Assembly: GCA_963604235.1 (NCBI GenBank)
Contig: CAVCPR010000003.1
Location: 2,972 to 66,971 of the forward strand
Direction: 5' to 3'
Origin: Anaerovoracaceae bacterium
Lineage (GTDB): Bacteria > Actinomycetota > Coriobacteriia > Coriobacteriales > Eggerthellaceae
DNA length: 64,000 bases
Every line of letters begins with the position of its first letter. Position 1 is the stretch's first letter. The position numbers and the translations under genes are program-made. Shown here piece after piece: positions 10,627-23,962 of the stretch. The notes beneath the pieces are model-generated. The model was not told where the DNA came from. It saw nothing but the letters and a program-made list of their open reading frames with translations, and did not search any database.

Positions 10627-12951
10627 CTATGCCCGCGTCACGATAAAGCACGAATGGATGCGCTTGTTGCGCCCGAAATCATGCGGAATGGTGTCGGCGC
10701 TGATGTCGCGCAGCGCGACTCCGTACTTCGAAAGCTGCTCGTAGTCGGGCTTGAACGAACGCAAGTTGCAGCTGAAAATGGCCTGGCCGTCACGTGTGAG
10801 CAGACGCGTGACGCCCACCAACAGCTCGACGTGGTCGCGCTGCACGTCCCAGGTGCGCCGCCCCATCGCCTTCGAGTTGCTGAACGTCGGCGGGTCGACG
10901 AAGATGAGGTCGAAGCGGCGCGGGCTGCGCCGGCACTCGGTGATCCACTGCATGCAGTCGCCGCGCTCGAACATATGCTGCTGCCCGCTAAAGCCGTTCG
11001 CTTCCATGTTGCGACGCGCCCAATCGAGATAGGTCTGCGAAAGGTCGACCGTGACGGTTTCAACCGCGCCGCCGGCCGCCGCGAGCACGCTGGCCGTACC
11101 GGTGTAGGCGAACAGGTTCAAGAAACGCTTCCCCGCCGCCTGATCACGCACCATCTTGCGCGTGTCACGGTGATCGAGGAAGATGCCCGTGTCGAGGTAC
11201 CCGGAAAGGTCGACCTCGAACAGACACCCCGACTCCTCGACGGTGGTGACGTAGCTGCGGCTTCCAGCGTCGCGATACTGCCCGCCGCCCGCGGCGCGCA
11301 CGCGCATCTTGGAGAATACGTGGTCGGGTCGCACGTCGAGTGCCACGGGGGCCAAGGCGAGGATGTCGTCGAAGCGCCGGCGCGCCTTATCCGGATCGAT
11401 GGACTTGGGAGCAGCGTATTCGGCGATATGCAGATACGTATTGCCGGATGCCTGGCCGGCGCCGGTATAGACGTCGATAGCGCAGGAATAATCCGGCAGA
11501 TCGGCGTCGTAGATGCGGTAGCAGCTCACACCTTCGCGGCGAGCCCACTTGCGTCGCTCCTTGGCAACCTTGCGCAAGCGGTCGACGAACTGCTGGGACG
11601 TTTCCTCATAAGCCTCGACATGGCGCTCGGCGCCGCCGGCGTTGTCGGGGACGGTGATGAGCGTCATGCGCTCGGGCGAGCGCAGGTACAGCTGCACCTC
11701 GACGCTGACGCGGCCTCGGCCGAAGCGCAGCGTGTCGGCCGCGGCGGCGCCGAAGCGCCCCTGAACGCCCTCGCCGCCGGAGACGGCGTACACGCTGCCG
11801 GCCGGGGCGGCCAGAGAAGCCTTGACGAACGCCGACGCGTCCGCCTGGGCGCTCGCGTCGGAACGGATGCGTTCACCGAAGGGCAAGGTGCTCGCGATGA
11901 GACAGGGACATGCATGGTCGTCGGCAGGGGCAGCCTGGGCAACACGCGCAGAGGCGGCGCATGCGCGCCGAACCGCCTCGCCCGCGTTTTGGGCATCCCC
12001 CGCCTCGATGCTCACCGCAAGACGCACGCCGGCGCGTTTGGCGCGTTCGCGCGCCTTGGCGATGGCCGGCGACGACGAGGTCAAACCGATGATGCGCACG
12101 CGCTCCAAATCGGGGCGCGCCGAGGCGCTCGCCCCGGCCGCACCCTCGCCCGCCACCGCCTCAAGTCCGCGCTCGAAGCGCTCGTCGGCCTCGTCGAGCA
12201 GGCTGTTCCATGCATCTTCATCAAAGGCAGCCCATCCGGTGAAACCCCACCTGCTGCGTGCAAGTCCAGGCGCCATATCGCAAGCTGCGCATGCAGCCTC
12301 GACGACGAGCGCGCCCGAAGAACAGGCGGGGTCGATTAGCGCGCTACCGCCCGCCATGCCGCCCCATTGCGCCATTGCCAGAACGCCGGCTGCGATGGCG
12401 CACTCCAAAGGAGCGTCTTGACCGGCCTGCGGTTCAAGGTAGGAACGCTGATACAGCGAGCTTCCCGACAGGTCGAGCGACAGCGTTGCACGTCCGTCGC
12501 GAATGCGCACGTCGATGGCGCAATCGGGGTTGTCGTTGTCCACATCGGGGCGAGATCCCGTCCGCTCGCGCAGCGCATCGCAGATGCCGTCTTTGACCTT
12601 CAGCTCGGTGAAATGGCTGTTGCGCAGCTCGTCGTTGGTGCCATGCGCGTGCACGGCGATGGTCGAGCCGGGCGCGACGACATCCTGCCAGGCCACGCGC
12701 CGCACGCCCTCGTAGAGCAGCGCCGCGTCGCCGGCGTTCACGCGACCGACCACGAGCGTGACGCGGGAAGCAAGACGCGACCACAAGCACACCTTCAAAC
12801 CCGCCTCGGCGGGCCCGAAAAACGCCACGCCGCCACCGAGCGGCCTGACGCGCCGGGCGCGCAGCCCCTTCAGCTCCTCGGCGAGAAAACGCTCCAAACC
12901 GGCAAGGCAGCTGGCGAAGAATTCATATTCGACTTGTTCGATGGTAGCCAT
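10627..12951 (-). CDS. rlmL: Fused 23S rRNA methyltransferase, RlmKL-like (THUMP + two class-I SAM MTase modules)
   Basis: The N-terminal part is THUMP-like. The first MTase motif is LIDPACSSGALVVEAA. The C-terminal module carries FLNLFAYTGTASV and the DPPTFSNSK motif. I moved the start to ATG 12951 (MATIEQ, GGAAAGGG upstream); the track start 12975 would abut the rpoD terminator. Confidence 0.75.
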   Translation of the reverse strand: MATIEQVEYEFFASCLAGLERFLAEELKGLRARRVRPLGGGVAFFGPAEAGLKVCLWSRLASRVTLVVGRVNAGDAALLYEGVRRVAWQDVVAPGSTIAVHAHGTNDELRNSHFTELKVKDGICDALRERTGSRPDVDNDNPDCAIDVRIRDGRATLSLDLSGSSLYQRSYLEPQAGQDAPLECAIAAGVLAMAQWGGMAGGSALIDPACSSGALVVEAACAACDMAPGLARSRWGFTGWAAFDEDAWNSLLDEADERFERGLEAVAGEGAAGASASARPDLERVRIIGLTSSSPAIAKARERAKRAGVRLAVSIEAGDAQNAGEAVRRACAASARVAQAAPADDHACPCLIASTLPFGERIRSDASAQADASAFVKASLAAPAGSVYAVSGGEGVQGRFGAAAADTLRFGRGRVSVEVQLYLRSPERMTLITVPDNAGGAERHVEAYEETSQQFVDRLRKVAKERRKWARREGVSCYRIYDADLPDYSCAIDVYTGAGQASGNTYLHIAEYAAPKSIDPDKARRRFDDILALAPVALDVRPDHVFSKMRVRAAGGGQYRDAGSRSYVTTVEESGCLFEVDLSGYLDTGIFLDHRDTRKMVRDQAAGKRFLNLFAYTGTASVLAAAGGAVETVTVDLSQTYLDWARRNMEANGFSGQQHMFERGDCMQWITECRRSPRRFDLIFVDPPTFSNSKAMGRRTWDVQRDHVELLVGVTRLLTRDGQAIFSCNLRSFKPDYEQLSKYGVALRDISADTIPHDFGRNKRIHSCFIVTRA

Positions 12952-12984
12952 GAATGCCCTTTCCGCAACTGTCACGGCAGCAAG

Positions 12985-13014
12985 AAAACGCGGGCCCTCA
13001 AGACCCGCGTTTTT
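12985..13014 (-). terminator. Intrinsic terminator after rpoD (A-tract and T-tract on both sides)
   Basis: AAAACGCGGG-CCCTCAAGA-CCCGCGTTTT, located 9 nt after the rpoD stop. Confidence 0.6.
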
Positions 13015-13022
13015 ACAGTGCT

Positions 13023-14285
13023 TTAATCTTCCAGGTAGTCCTTCAGCTTCGAGCTGCGGCTGGGGTGGCGAAGCTTGGCCAGCGTCTTGCTCTCGATTTG
13101 GCGAATGCGCTCGCGCGTGACGCCGAATTCGCGGCCGACCTCCTCAAGCGTGCGCGGATGGCCGTCTTCCAGGCCGAATCGCAAGCTGATGACCTTGCGC
13201 TCGCGCTCGGCCAGCCCGTCGAGCACCTTGGCGAGCTGCTCCTGCAGCATGCTGAACGATGCGGCGTCGGGGGGCACCACGGCGGCGTCGTCCTCGATGA
13301 AGTCGCCGAGCTGCGAGTCCTCCTCTTCGCCAATGGGGGTTTCGAGCGACACCGGTTCCTGGCTGATCTTCTGGATCTCGCGCACGCGTTCCGCCGTGAG
13401 GTCCATCTTCTCGCCGATCTCCTCCGGCGTTGGCTCGCGACCGAGCTCCTGCAGAAGCTGGCGCTGGATGCGCACGAGCTTGTTGATGGTCTCGACCATA
13501 TGCACCGGAATGCGGATAGTGCGGGCCTGGTCGGCGATGGCGCGCGTGATGGCCTGGCGAATCCACCAGGTGGCGTAGGTGGAGAACTTGAAGCCCTTGG
13601 TGTAGTCGAATTTCTCGACGGCGCGGATGAGGCCGAGGTTACCCTCCTGGATGAGATCGAGGAAGAGCATGCCGCGACCGACATAGCGCTTGGCGATGGA
13701 AACCACCAGACGCAAGTTCGCTTCAATGAGCTGCTGCTTCGCGTCGAGGCCGACCTGCTCGATACGGCCAAGGCGGCGCCTCTCGCGACGATCGAGTTCG
13801 CGACCCTCTTCCTCGGCCTTGTCGAGCTCCGCCGTGGCGGCAACACCGGCCTCGATCTTCATTGCAAGATCGATTTCCTCGGCCGCAGTAAGCAGGGAAA
13901 CCTTGCCGATTTCCTTAAGGTACATGCGCACCGGGTCGCCGGTGAGCATGGTGACGTTGGCGGCTTCGTTGCGCTTGCGGGCGGAAGAACGCGTCTTCTT
14001 CGCGCGGACTTTCGGCAGCGAGACGTCGGAGGCGGCCTTCAGCTCCTCCTCCGGAATGCCCGCGAGCAGGTCTTCCTCCTCGCCGTCCTCGTTGATGTTG
14101 GATTCCGGCTTTTCCTCGCTGGTCGTCTCAGCGACAGTCATATCGGGCTCGACGTCCTCGTCGGCGTCGGCCATAAGCTCCTCGTCGGCCAGCATCTCTT
14201 CCTGGGCGGCGGCGGAAGCGTTCTTCATTCCCGCGGAAGCCTTTTCAGAGGAAGCGGTTGCTTGGTTCTTCGAAGATTGAGCCAC
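13023..14285 (-). CDS. rpoD: Primary RNA polymerase sigma factor (sigma-70 group 1)
   Basis: 420 aa with an acidic N-terminus. Region 2 reads [42 protein letters not shown]. Region 4.2 reads [29 protein letters not shown]. Confidence 0.95.
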   Translation of the reverse strand: MAQSSKNQATASSEKASAGMKNASAAAQEEMLADEELMADADEDVEPDMTVAETTSEEKPESNINEDGEEEDLLAGIPEEELKAASDVSLPKVRAKKTRSSARKRNEAANVTMLTGDPVRMYLKEIGKVSLLTAAEEIDLAMKIEAGVAATAELDKAEEEGRELDRRERRRLGRIEQVGLDAKQQLIEANLRLVVSIAKRYVGRGMLFLDLIQEGNLGLIRAVEKFDYTKGFKFSTYATWWIRQAITRAIADQARTIRIPVHMVETINKLVRIQRQLLQELGREPTPEEIGEKMDLTAERVREIQKISQEPVSLETPIGEEEDSQLGDFIEDDAAVVPPDAASFSMLQEQLAKVLDGLAERERKVISLRFGLEDGHPRTLEEVGREFGVTRERIRQIESKTLAKLRHPSRSSKLKDYLED

Positions 14286-14357
14286 GTGTCATCCTTTCGC
14301 TACGGCGAACGCGCCCGGCTAAAATACCCACAAATAGGCGCAAACATGCATCAAATT

Positions 14358-14386
14358 AAATTACCATACATTTCGCCTATTGACAA
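14358..14386 (-). promoter_or_regulatory. Candidate sigma-70 promoter for rpoD
   Basis: The minus strand reads TTGTCA-N17-TAATTT with TG at the extended -10 position (ATGGTAATTT). It lies in a locally AT-rich stretch about 75 nt upstream of the rpoD ATG. Pattern match only. Confidence 0.35.
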
Positions 14387-14408
14387 GAGAAAACAGTTCG
14401 CGTAAGGA

Positions 14409-15578
14409 TCAGCTGGCTCCACCGGCGCGCATATGTACTCGCAGCCTAAACCAGCAATAGGCAAGGCCCGCAAGTGCGATGACCGCGCCGACGAATCCCA
14501 CAAAGCCGACGCCCACATAGGTGCATACCCCGCCGCCAATGAAGCTGCCGGTGCCGATGCCGAGGTTGAAGATGCCGGAGAACAGCGCCATCGCTACGGT
14601 TTGCTCGCCATCGGAGGCGAAGTTGATGATCTCGGCCTGGTAGACGATGCTGTAGCACGCGCCCGCAAGCCCCCACACGAAGCAGACGGCGGCGACGCCG
14701 ATGACGGAGGCGGCCGCAACGCGAAGCGCGGCGAGCGAAAGCACGACCCCGGCCACGACAACCACCACGAAGGCGCTTCGATGCCGCGAGTAAATTTTGG
14801 TGCACACGACGCTCGCCACGATGCCGGCAAGGCCGAAGAACACGAGCGCCGCCGTCACCGCGCCCTCGTCAAGGCCGCCGACCTGCAACAGGAAGGGCTC
14901 GATATAGCTGTAACCCGTGTAGTATCCCATCGCATAGAGCGCGGTCACGATGAAGATGCCGACGAGCACCTTGTTGCGGAAGATATCCGGCAGTTGCTTG
15001 AGGCCGAACGGTTTTGCGCCCGGCACGCGGGGGAACACCACCAGCATATACACGAGGCAGGCCAGGGATACCGCCCCGACGCAGGCGAAGGTCAACCGCC
15101 AGCCGAGCGCGAGGCCCACCACGCGCCCGAGCGGCAAACCGACGGTCATCGCGAGGGCAGAGCCCACTTCCACGAGCGACACGGCAAGAGGAGCGTGCAC
15201 GGGGTTGACGACGCGCACCGCAACAGGTGCGGCAATCGCCCAGAACACCGAGTGGGAGCAGGCGACCACGAGACGCGACGCCATGAGCATTCCGTAGCTC
15301 GACGACAGCGCCGAGAGCACTTGTCCGGCACAAAACACCGCGAGAATGCCGAGAATGAGCGGGCGAAAGGCAACGCGCGACGCGGCAACCATAAGCGGCA
15401 GCGAAAGAATCATCACTACCCAGGCATACACCGACACAATAAGGCCCGTCTGCCCCTCCGAGGTGTTGAACGTCGCGCCGATGTCGGTCAACAAACCGAC
15501 GGGCATGAACTCGGACGTATTGAAGATGAAAGCCGAAACCGTCACGCCGAGCAACGGCAGCCATTCGGATAGGGTCAT
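14409..15578 (-). CDS. MFS transporter (DHA1/sugar-efflux-like, 12 TM)
   Basis: Hydrophobic 12-helix pattern. The N-terminus MTLSEWLPLLGVTVSAFIFNTSEFMPVGLL is typical of SotB/YdeA-type exporters. I moved the start to ATG 15578; the upstream part of the track ORF is Arg/Cys-rich and unlike a membrane protein. Confidence 0.8.
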   Translation of the reverse strand: MTLSEWLPLLGVTVSAFIFNTSEFMPVGLLTDIGATFNTSEGQTGLIVSVYAWVVMILSLPLMVAASRVAFRPLILGILAVFCAGQVLSALSSSYGMLMASRLVVACSHSVFWAIAAPVAVRVVNPVHAPLAVSLVEVGSALAMTVGLPLGRVVGLALGWRLTFACVGAVSLACLVYMLVVFPRVPGAKPFGLKQLPDIFRNKVLVGIFIVTALYAMGYYTGYSYIEPFLLQVGGLDEGAVTAALVFFGLAGIVASVVCTKIYSRHRSAFVVVVVAGVVLSLAALRVAAASVIGVAAVCFVWGLAGACYSIVYQAEIINFASDGEQTVAMALFSGIFNLGIGTGSFIGGGVCTYVGVGFVGFVGAVIALAGLAYCWFRLRVHMRAGGAS

Positions 15579-15911
15579 CTTGGTATCGACGAAGCGGGAC
15601 ACGACAAACCTTTCGGGTTGAAAACGAAGTGCACGCATTGTAGTTCGCGCAATGAGCGGATGTACGCAGGGGCGGCACTCGCCATCGGGAATGCACACAC
15701 CTACGCAGCGAGCGCCCCGCATGCTCCAGGTGCTTCGCCTGCCTTAAGGCCACGGCCGACCTTCCCAACCCTCGTGCAGGCCCTGCGAGCTCACCGCGCT
15801 ACAACATGTCGTTGCGCTTTGTTTCAGCTTTGTTAACTGCCTGTTTCTCTTGTATTGCCGGTCATATAATGCAGCCCGGAGTGTCAAGGGAACCATAAGG
15901 AGGTTCGTCAC

Positions 15912-17267
15912 ATGAGTTATGCAGAGCGCATCTTAGATGAGGTCAAGGCCAAGAACGCCGATCAGCCCGAGTTCATCCAAGCCGCTACGGAAATCTTGAG
16001 CACGCTCGGCCCCGCGCTCGACGCGCATCCCGAGTACGAGGAGAACGCCATCCTCGAGCGCCTCGTTGAGCCCGAGCGCGTCATCATGTTCCGCGTCCCC
16101 TGGATTGACGACAACGGCAAAGCCCAGGTCAACCGTGGTTTCCGCGTCGAATTCAACTCCGCAATCGGCCCCTATAAGGGCGGCCTGCGCTTCAATCCGA
16201 CGGTGACGCTCGGCATGCTGAAGTTCTTGGGCCTTGAGCAGATTCTGAAGAATTCCCTGACTACCCTGCCCATGGGCGGCGGCAAGGGCGGTTCCGACTT
16301 CGACCCGAAGGGCAAGTCCAACAACGAGATCATGCGCTTCTGCCAGTCCTTCATGACCGAGCTGTGCCGCCACATCGGCCCGAACACCGACGTTCCGGCA
16401 GGTGATCTGGGCGTAGGCGGTCGCGAGGTTGCCTACATGTTCGGCCAGTACAAGCGCATTCGCAACGAGTGGACCGGCGTGCTGACCGGCAAGGGCCTGG
16501 AATTCGGCGGCTCCCTCGCCCGCACCGAGGCCACCGGCTACGGCCTCGTGTATTTCGTGGACGAGTACCTGAAGAGCTCGGGCGATTCCTTCGAGGGCAA
16601 GAACGTCGTCGTGCACGGCTCGGGCAACGTCGCCATCTACGCCATCCAGAAGGTCGAGCAGCTCGGCGGCAAGACCATCGCCTGCTCCGATACCAAGGGT
16701 TGGATCGAAGACCCCGAGGGCATCGACTACAAGATTCTCGAGCACGTGTACAACAAGAAGCGCTCCGGCAACGACAAGGGCGTCTCCTTGGCGATGTATC
16801 TCGACGAGCGTCCGGGTGCCATCTGGCACGAGGGCGACGGCCGTGGCGTATGGCAGCTTCCCTGCGATGTGGCGCTTCCCTGCGCCCGCGAGAACACGCT
16901 TCTGCTCGAAGACGCCAAGACGCTCGTCGCCAACGGCTGCAAGGCTGTGGGCGAAGGCGCAAACATGCCGACGACCATCGAGGCGACCGAGTACTTCCAG
17001 GAAAACGGCGTGGCCTTCATGCCCGGCAAGGCTGCCAACGCCGGCGGCGTGCTGGTGTCCGGCCTGGAGATGAGCCAGAACGCCGAGCATCTGAGCTGGA
17101 CGTTCGAAGAGGTTGACGGCAAGCTCGAAGAGCTGATGCGCGGCATGTTCCACAACGTCGACGACACCGCGAAGAAGTACGGCCATGCGGGCAACTTCGT
17201 GATGGGCGCAAACATCGCCGGCTTCGAGAAGGTTGCCAACGCGATGATCGCCCAGGGCATCGTGTAG
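15912..17267 (+). CDS. gdhA: NADP-specific glutamate dehydrogenase
   Basis: 451 aa with the Glu/Leu/Phe/Val dehydrogenase active-site motif LPMGGGKGGSDFDPKG and the GSGNVA nucleotide fold. AAGGAGG RBS and strongly biased codon usage. Confidence 0.95.
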   Translation: MSYAERILDEVKAKNADQPEFIQAATEILSTLGPALDAHPEYEENAILERLVEPERVIMFRVPWIDDNGKAQVNRGFRVEFNSAIGPYKGGLRFNPTVTLGMLKFLGLEQILKNSLTTLPMGGGKGGSDFDPKGKSNNEIMRFCQSFMTELCRHIGPNTDVPAGDLGVGGREVAYMFGQYKRIRNEWTGVLTGKGLEFGGSLARTEATGYGLVYFVDEYLKSSGDSFEGKNVVVHGSGNVAIYAIQKVEQLGGKTIACSDTKGWIEDPEGIDYKILEHVYNKKRSGNDKGVSLAMYLDERPGAIWHEGDGRGVWQLPCDVALPCARENTLLLEDAKTLVANGCKAVGEGANMPTTIEATEYFQENGVAFMPGKAANAGGVLVSGLEMSQNAEHLSWTFEEVDGKLEELMRGMFHNVDDTAKKYGHAGNFVMGANIAGFEKVANAMIAQGIV

Positions 17268-17316
17268 GCGCGCATTCGATTCTCTGCTGAGCGGCGCACA
17301 AGCCGACGCAAAGCAA

Positions 17317-17360
17317 GGGGCGGAATCCCGAATGAGGATTCCGCCCCAATTTGTTTCTAT
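17317..17360 (+). terminator. Intrinsic terminator after gdhA
   Basis: A 12-bp stem GGGGCGGAATCC / GGATTCCGCCCC with a 7-nt loop, followed by AATTTGTTTCTATTTG. Confidence 0.75.
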
Positions 17361-17422
17361 TTGCTGAAGCGCTCGCGACCTTCGAACAGCGGCTGCGAGC
17401 GTTGACGTGAACGCCGAGCGCG

Positions 17423-18352
17423 CTACAGGCTGAGGTTCTCGCGCACCCAATCGATATTGCCCTGCACGGTGGCGATCAACTCGGCGATATCGTCGAACTT
17501 GCGCATGGGGCGCAGGAAATGCTCGAAGGACACCTTCATGTACTGCCCGTAGATATCGCCGTCGAAGTCGAGCAGGTGCACCTCGCAGGTGGCCGTGGCG
17601 CGGTCGGCGAACGTCGCCGCGACGCCGACGTTGACGGCGGCCTTGTAACGTTTGCCGTCGACCTCGGCATAGGCGGCGTACACGCCGTCGCCGAGCGGGC
17701 GCATCTGATCGGAAACCTCCAGATTGGCGGTGCGGATGCCCATGTCGGCGCCCTCGCCGCGCCCAGGCGTGACGACGCCGGTCATGAAGTAGGAGCGTCC
17801 AAGCAGCTCGTTGGCCTCGGCAATGTTGCCGTCAGCCAGAAGCAAGCGAATGCGCGTCGCCGTGATCGGCGCGCCGTCGGCGCTCTTCAGGTCATGGGCG
17901 TCGACCTCCATCCCATGGCAGTCTGCCCACTGCCGAAGCTCAGGGACGGCACCGGCGGCTTTCGCGCCGAAACGGAAGTCGGAACCAACGTGCAGATGTG
18001 CGGGAACGCCCGACCCGAAGGTGCGCGCCAGAAACTCCTCCGGCGAGCTGGCGGCGAACTGGCGCGTGAACGGCAGCGCAACCACCGCATCGACGCCGGT
18101 GTCCGCCAACATGGAAAGACGCTCCTCGTTCGACATCAACTTCTTCAAGCGCTGCGCATGAAACATCTCATCGGGATCGATGTCGAAGGTCAGCGCAATG
18201 GAGCGCCCCCCGTTTTCCCGCGCCGTCTGCCGAGCGCAGTCAATGAGGAACCTATGGCCGCGATGCACGCCGTCGAAGACGCCGAATGCGCACGACGCGC
18301 CTTCGAAAACTTCGCGATGAAATGATTCGTCCGCCCTATAAATCTGAGCCAC
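17423..18352 (-). CDS. ribF: Bifunctional riboflavin kinase / FMN adenylyltransferase
   Basis: GVFDGVHRGHRFLI marks the nucleotidyltransferase part and a C-terminal riboflavin-kinase part is present (PGRGEGADMGIRTANL). The likely start is GTG 18352 (VAQIYRADE), overlapping the truB stop by 17 nt. The track ORF extends to 18424. Confidence 0.88.
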   Translation of the reverse strand: MAQIYRADESFHREVFEGASCAFGVFDGVHRGHRFLIDCARQTARENGGRSIALTFDIDPDEMFHAQRLKKLMSNEERLSMLADTGVDAVVALPFTRQFAASSPEEFLARTFGSGVPAHLHVGSDFRFGAKAAGAVPELRQWADCHGMEVDAHDLKSADGAPITATRIRLLLADGNIAEANELLGRSYFMTGVVTPGRGEGADMGIRTANLEVSDQMRPLGDGVYAAYAEVDGKRYKAAVNVGVAATFADRATATCEVHLLDFDGDIYGQYMKVSFEHFLRPMRKFDDIAELIATVQGNIDWVRENLSL

Positions 18353-19349
18353 GGAGCACCCCCGTCTGAAACACGCAGCACGGTTTGAATGACGCGCGGC
18401 GTTGATCGAATGAATACAGTGCAACTAGTTTGTTGTCCGCGATGACGGAAACCACTTCCCCATCAGCCGCCGGAGAAGCGCTTTCGCGAACACCCGACGT
18501 ACAGGCGCAGACGCGCGCTTCAGCCGATGCCTTGGCGTACTCGAACAAGGTCACCGCGTCGCTTTTGAGCATATTGCCGTTTGCGACCAAAGCTGCAAAC
18601 GGACCGTCGGCATAGATGAAACGACTTTCGAGCAGACGCACCGGATCAAGACACGCGCGCTCCCCCAATTCGGCAAGAGTGTCGAGCGACACGCAATCCT
18701 CAAGCGACAAGCTGCCGGACACCAGGCGACGCAAACCGCTCAAGTGCGCGCATGTACCCAGGTCGCGTCCGATATCGCGTGCCAACGCGCGAATGTAGGT
18801 TCCCTTTGAGACGCGGAAATCAACCACCCACACCGGACTGGCGGTTTCAGCCGAAGCATCGACGGAAACCAGGTCGGCCCGCATAACCTCGATCGGGCGC
18901 GGCTTCAGCTCGATGATGCGGCCGGCGCGCGCTTCGTCGCAGGCTTTGCGCCCGCCGACCTTGATGGCGCTGTATGCCGGCGGAAGCTGCATATGCTCGC
19001 CGAGCAAATCCGCAAGATAGCTTCGTGCGAATCCTTCGTCGAAGAGCCGATCAGGCACGCTTGCGCTTCGGATGGCCGACCCGCATGCGTCATCGGTATC
19101 GGTTTCGCAGCCGAACGCAATGAATGCCCGATAGGATTTATCGTGTGCCGTTAGATAAGAGGCCAAACGCGTCGCCGGGCCCACGCAGATAGGGAGCACG
19201 CCGCTTGCCATCGGATCGAGCGTGCCCGTGTGCCCGACGCGCTTCTCGCCGAAAATCCTGCGGCAGCGATTCACCACATCATGCGAGGTCATGCCCGCAG
19301 GTTTGTCTACCCCGACGATGAGCGAGAGCCCCGATTCCCCTCGTTTCAC
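18336..19349 (-). CDS. truB: tRNA pseudouridine(55) synthase
   Basis: The catalytic-Asp motif GHTGTLDPMASGVLPI is present. Its start overlaps the stop of the upstream DHH gene (ATGA-type coupling). Confidence 0.93.
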   Translation of the reverse strand: MKRGESGLSLIVGVDKPAGMTSHDVVNRCRRIFGEKRVGHTGTLDPMASGVLPICVGPATRLASYLTAHDKSYRAFIAFGCETDTDDACGSAIRSASVPDRLFDEGFARSYLADLLGEHMQLPPAYSAIKVGGRKACDEARAGRIIELKPRPIEVMRADLVSVDASAETASPVWVVDFRVSKGTYIRALARDIGRDLGTCAHLSGLRRLVSGSLSLEDCVSLDTLAELGERACLDPVRLLESRFIYADGPFAALVANGNMLKSDAVTLFEYAKASAEARVCACTSGVRESASPAADGEVVSVIADNKLVALYSFDQRRASFKPCCVFQTGVLRGSDL

Positions 19350-20344
19350 TCGGCGGACACCGCCTTGGCGATGGCCTCCCGAACCACGGAGAGCGCCTCA
19401 TCGATCGTGCAATGCAGCGTGAAGCCCGCGGCCGCCACGTGCCCGCCGCCGCCGAGTTGCTCGGCGATGGCTGCGACATTGGTGTCATCCTTCGCACGGA
19501 TGGAGCCGCGAATGCAATCCTCCTGCTCGCGCAGCATACACGCAACGCGAACGCCCTCGACGCTGCGAATGACGTTGACCAGCGGTTCGGCGTCTGATTT
19601 GACCGCGCCGAAGCGCTCGAAATCATCGCGCGTCAAGTAACTGACGACCGAAAGCCCGCCCTCGTCGAAGGCCATGCGCTCAAGCGCAACGCCCTCGAGG
19701 CGCAACGACGCCACGGTGCGGTTCTGGAACACCTCGCGGGAGATGGCGGCGGGATTCGCACCCGCCTCGACCATCTCGGCAGCGAGCGCCATGCAGCGCG
19801 CATCGGTGTTCTGGAACTGGAAGCGCCCGGTATCGGTGATAAGGCCCGTAAAGCAGCACGTCGCGATCTCGCCGGAGCGATCAACTCCCAAATGCCCGCA
19901 AAGCTCCCAGATGAGCATGGTGGTGGAAGCCGCATCCGGATCGGTGTAGCACATCTCGCACATACGCTCAGCAACCGCATGGTGATCGATGGTGAACGAG
20001 GCGCTCGCGGCATCGAGCAGGCGGCACGCATCCTCGCCGATACGCTCGCGCGTCGGGACGTCGACGCCGATGAAAACGTCGGCGGGGCCGTTGTAGGAAC
20101 CCGCGAACACCACCTCGTCGATGCCCGGGAGCACGCGCGCGATGTTCGCCTCCACCGGCTCGTCCTTCACCAGGACGCAGGTAGTGCGCTTGCCGAGCTT
20201 GCGCAGGGCAAAGCTGAGCGCCAACTGCGAGGAAAGGCAGTCGCCATCGGGGCTGACATGCCCGCAAATGACGAAGTTGTCGAGGTCCGCCAACTTGGCT
20301 GCGATGCTTTGTAGCGTGCTGTTCGTCTGCGGCGTCACCGTCAT
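19346..20344 (-). CDS. DHH/DHHA1 phosphoesterase (NrnA-like oligoribonuclease / pAp phosphatase)
   Basis: Motifs GHVSPDGDCLSS, FTIDHHAV and GGGGHVAAAG are present. It holds the usual position between rbfA and truB. Confidence 0.85.
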   Translation of the reverse strand: MTVTPQTNSTLQSIAAKLADLDNFVICGHVSPDGDCLSSQLALSFALRKLGKRTTCVLVKDEPVEANIARVLPGIDEVVFAGSYNGPADVFIGVDVPTRERIGEDACRLLDAASASFTIDHHAVAERMCEMCYTDPDAASTTMLIWELCGHLGVDRSGEIATCCFTGLITDTGRFQFQNTDARCMALAAEMVEAGANPAAISREVFQNRTVASLRLEGVALERMAFDEGGLSVVSYLTRDDFERFGAVKSDAEPLVNVIRSVEGVRVACMLREQEDCIRGSIRAKDDTNVAAIAEQLGGGGHVAAAGFTLHCTIDEALSVVREAIAKAVSAE

Positions 20345-20352
20345 CGAATCAC

Positions 20353-20784
20353 CTATTCCCCATCGCTTACGTCTGCGGCGTCGGTAAGTTCCGCCTCAGC
20401 CTGCGCAGCTTCGAGGGCGGCGGAAATCTCAGCCGACTGCTTATTGCGCTCTGCGTCGCGCTCGAGCGCCGTCGCGATACGCTGTGCCTCATCGACGGAA
20501 CGATCGAGAATAAAGCGCAGCGAAGGCGTGACACGCCAAGACAGCTGGCGGGCCATCAGGGAGCGAATGCGCCCGGAGGCCTTCTCGAACGCCTCTGCTG
20601 CGGCCTCGTAATCTTCAGGCTCCGCCGTGTAGAAAACGTTGCATGCGCTGCGATCATAGCTGACCTCGCACCCGGTGATCGTGACGAGCGACAGGCGCGG
20701 ATCGGAAATTTCGAACAGCAGGATGTTCGCGATGACCTCGCGCGCCTGCTGGTTGACTTTGCGGTTCTGGGAACCCTGTTTCAT
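20353..20784 (-). CDS. rbfA: Ribosome-binding factor A
   Basis: RbfA-like core (REVIANILLFEISDPRLSLVTITGCEVSYDRSACNVFY). I moved the start to ATG 20784 (MKQGSQNRK, AAGGGGGA RBS). Confidence 0.9.
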   Translation of the reverse strand: MKQGSQNRKVNQQAREVIANILLFEISDPRLSLVTITGCEVSYDRSACNVFYTAEPEDYEAAAEAFEKASGRIRSLMARQLSWRVTPSLRFILDRSVDEAQRIATALERDAERNKQSAEISAALEAAQAEAELTDAADVSDGE

Positions 20785-20870
20785 GAGCTTATCCCCCTTG
20801 TTGCATGACGGGTAAGATGAAAAAAGCCGAGGTCTGCGCATGGCAGGCCCCGGCTTGTCGAGCGCTCAGC

Positions 20871-23645
<2,775 letters not shown>

Positions 23646-23656
23646 ATACCACTCCT

Positions 23657-23950
23657 CTACAGTTCCCTCGCAACGCGCGCGTGCGCGGCGATATCGGCGG
23701 CGATCCGTTCGTAATCATCGCTGGTGAGCGTCGCCTTCAACGCGCGGTCGAGCTTCTTTCTCCTGCACGCTGCTGCGAAGCAATTCTCGGAGCACACGTA
23801 CGCGCCCCTTCCCGGCGCGCGGCCGGTGCCATCGAAGGCAACCGAACCGTCAGGCGCGCGTACGACGCGCAGGAGCTCGACCTTGTCGGCCTGGGCCCCG
23901 CAGGCGATGCAGCTGCGCTGTCGTTTCACGTTTGAGGTTCGCATTGCCAT
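23657..23950 (-). CDS. ylxR: YlxR/DUF448 RNA-binding protein
   Basis: 97 aa with CIACG...GRGAYVC, in the conserved slot between nusA and infB. Confidence 0.85.
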   Translation of the reverse strand: MAMRTSNVKRQRSCIACGAQADKVELLRVVRAPDGSVAFDGTGRAPGRGAYVCSENCFAAACRRKKLDRALKATLTSDDYERIAADIAAHARVAREL

Positions 23951-23962
23951 GGCTAAAATCCT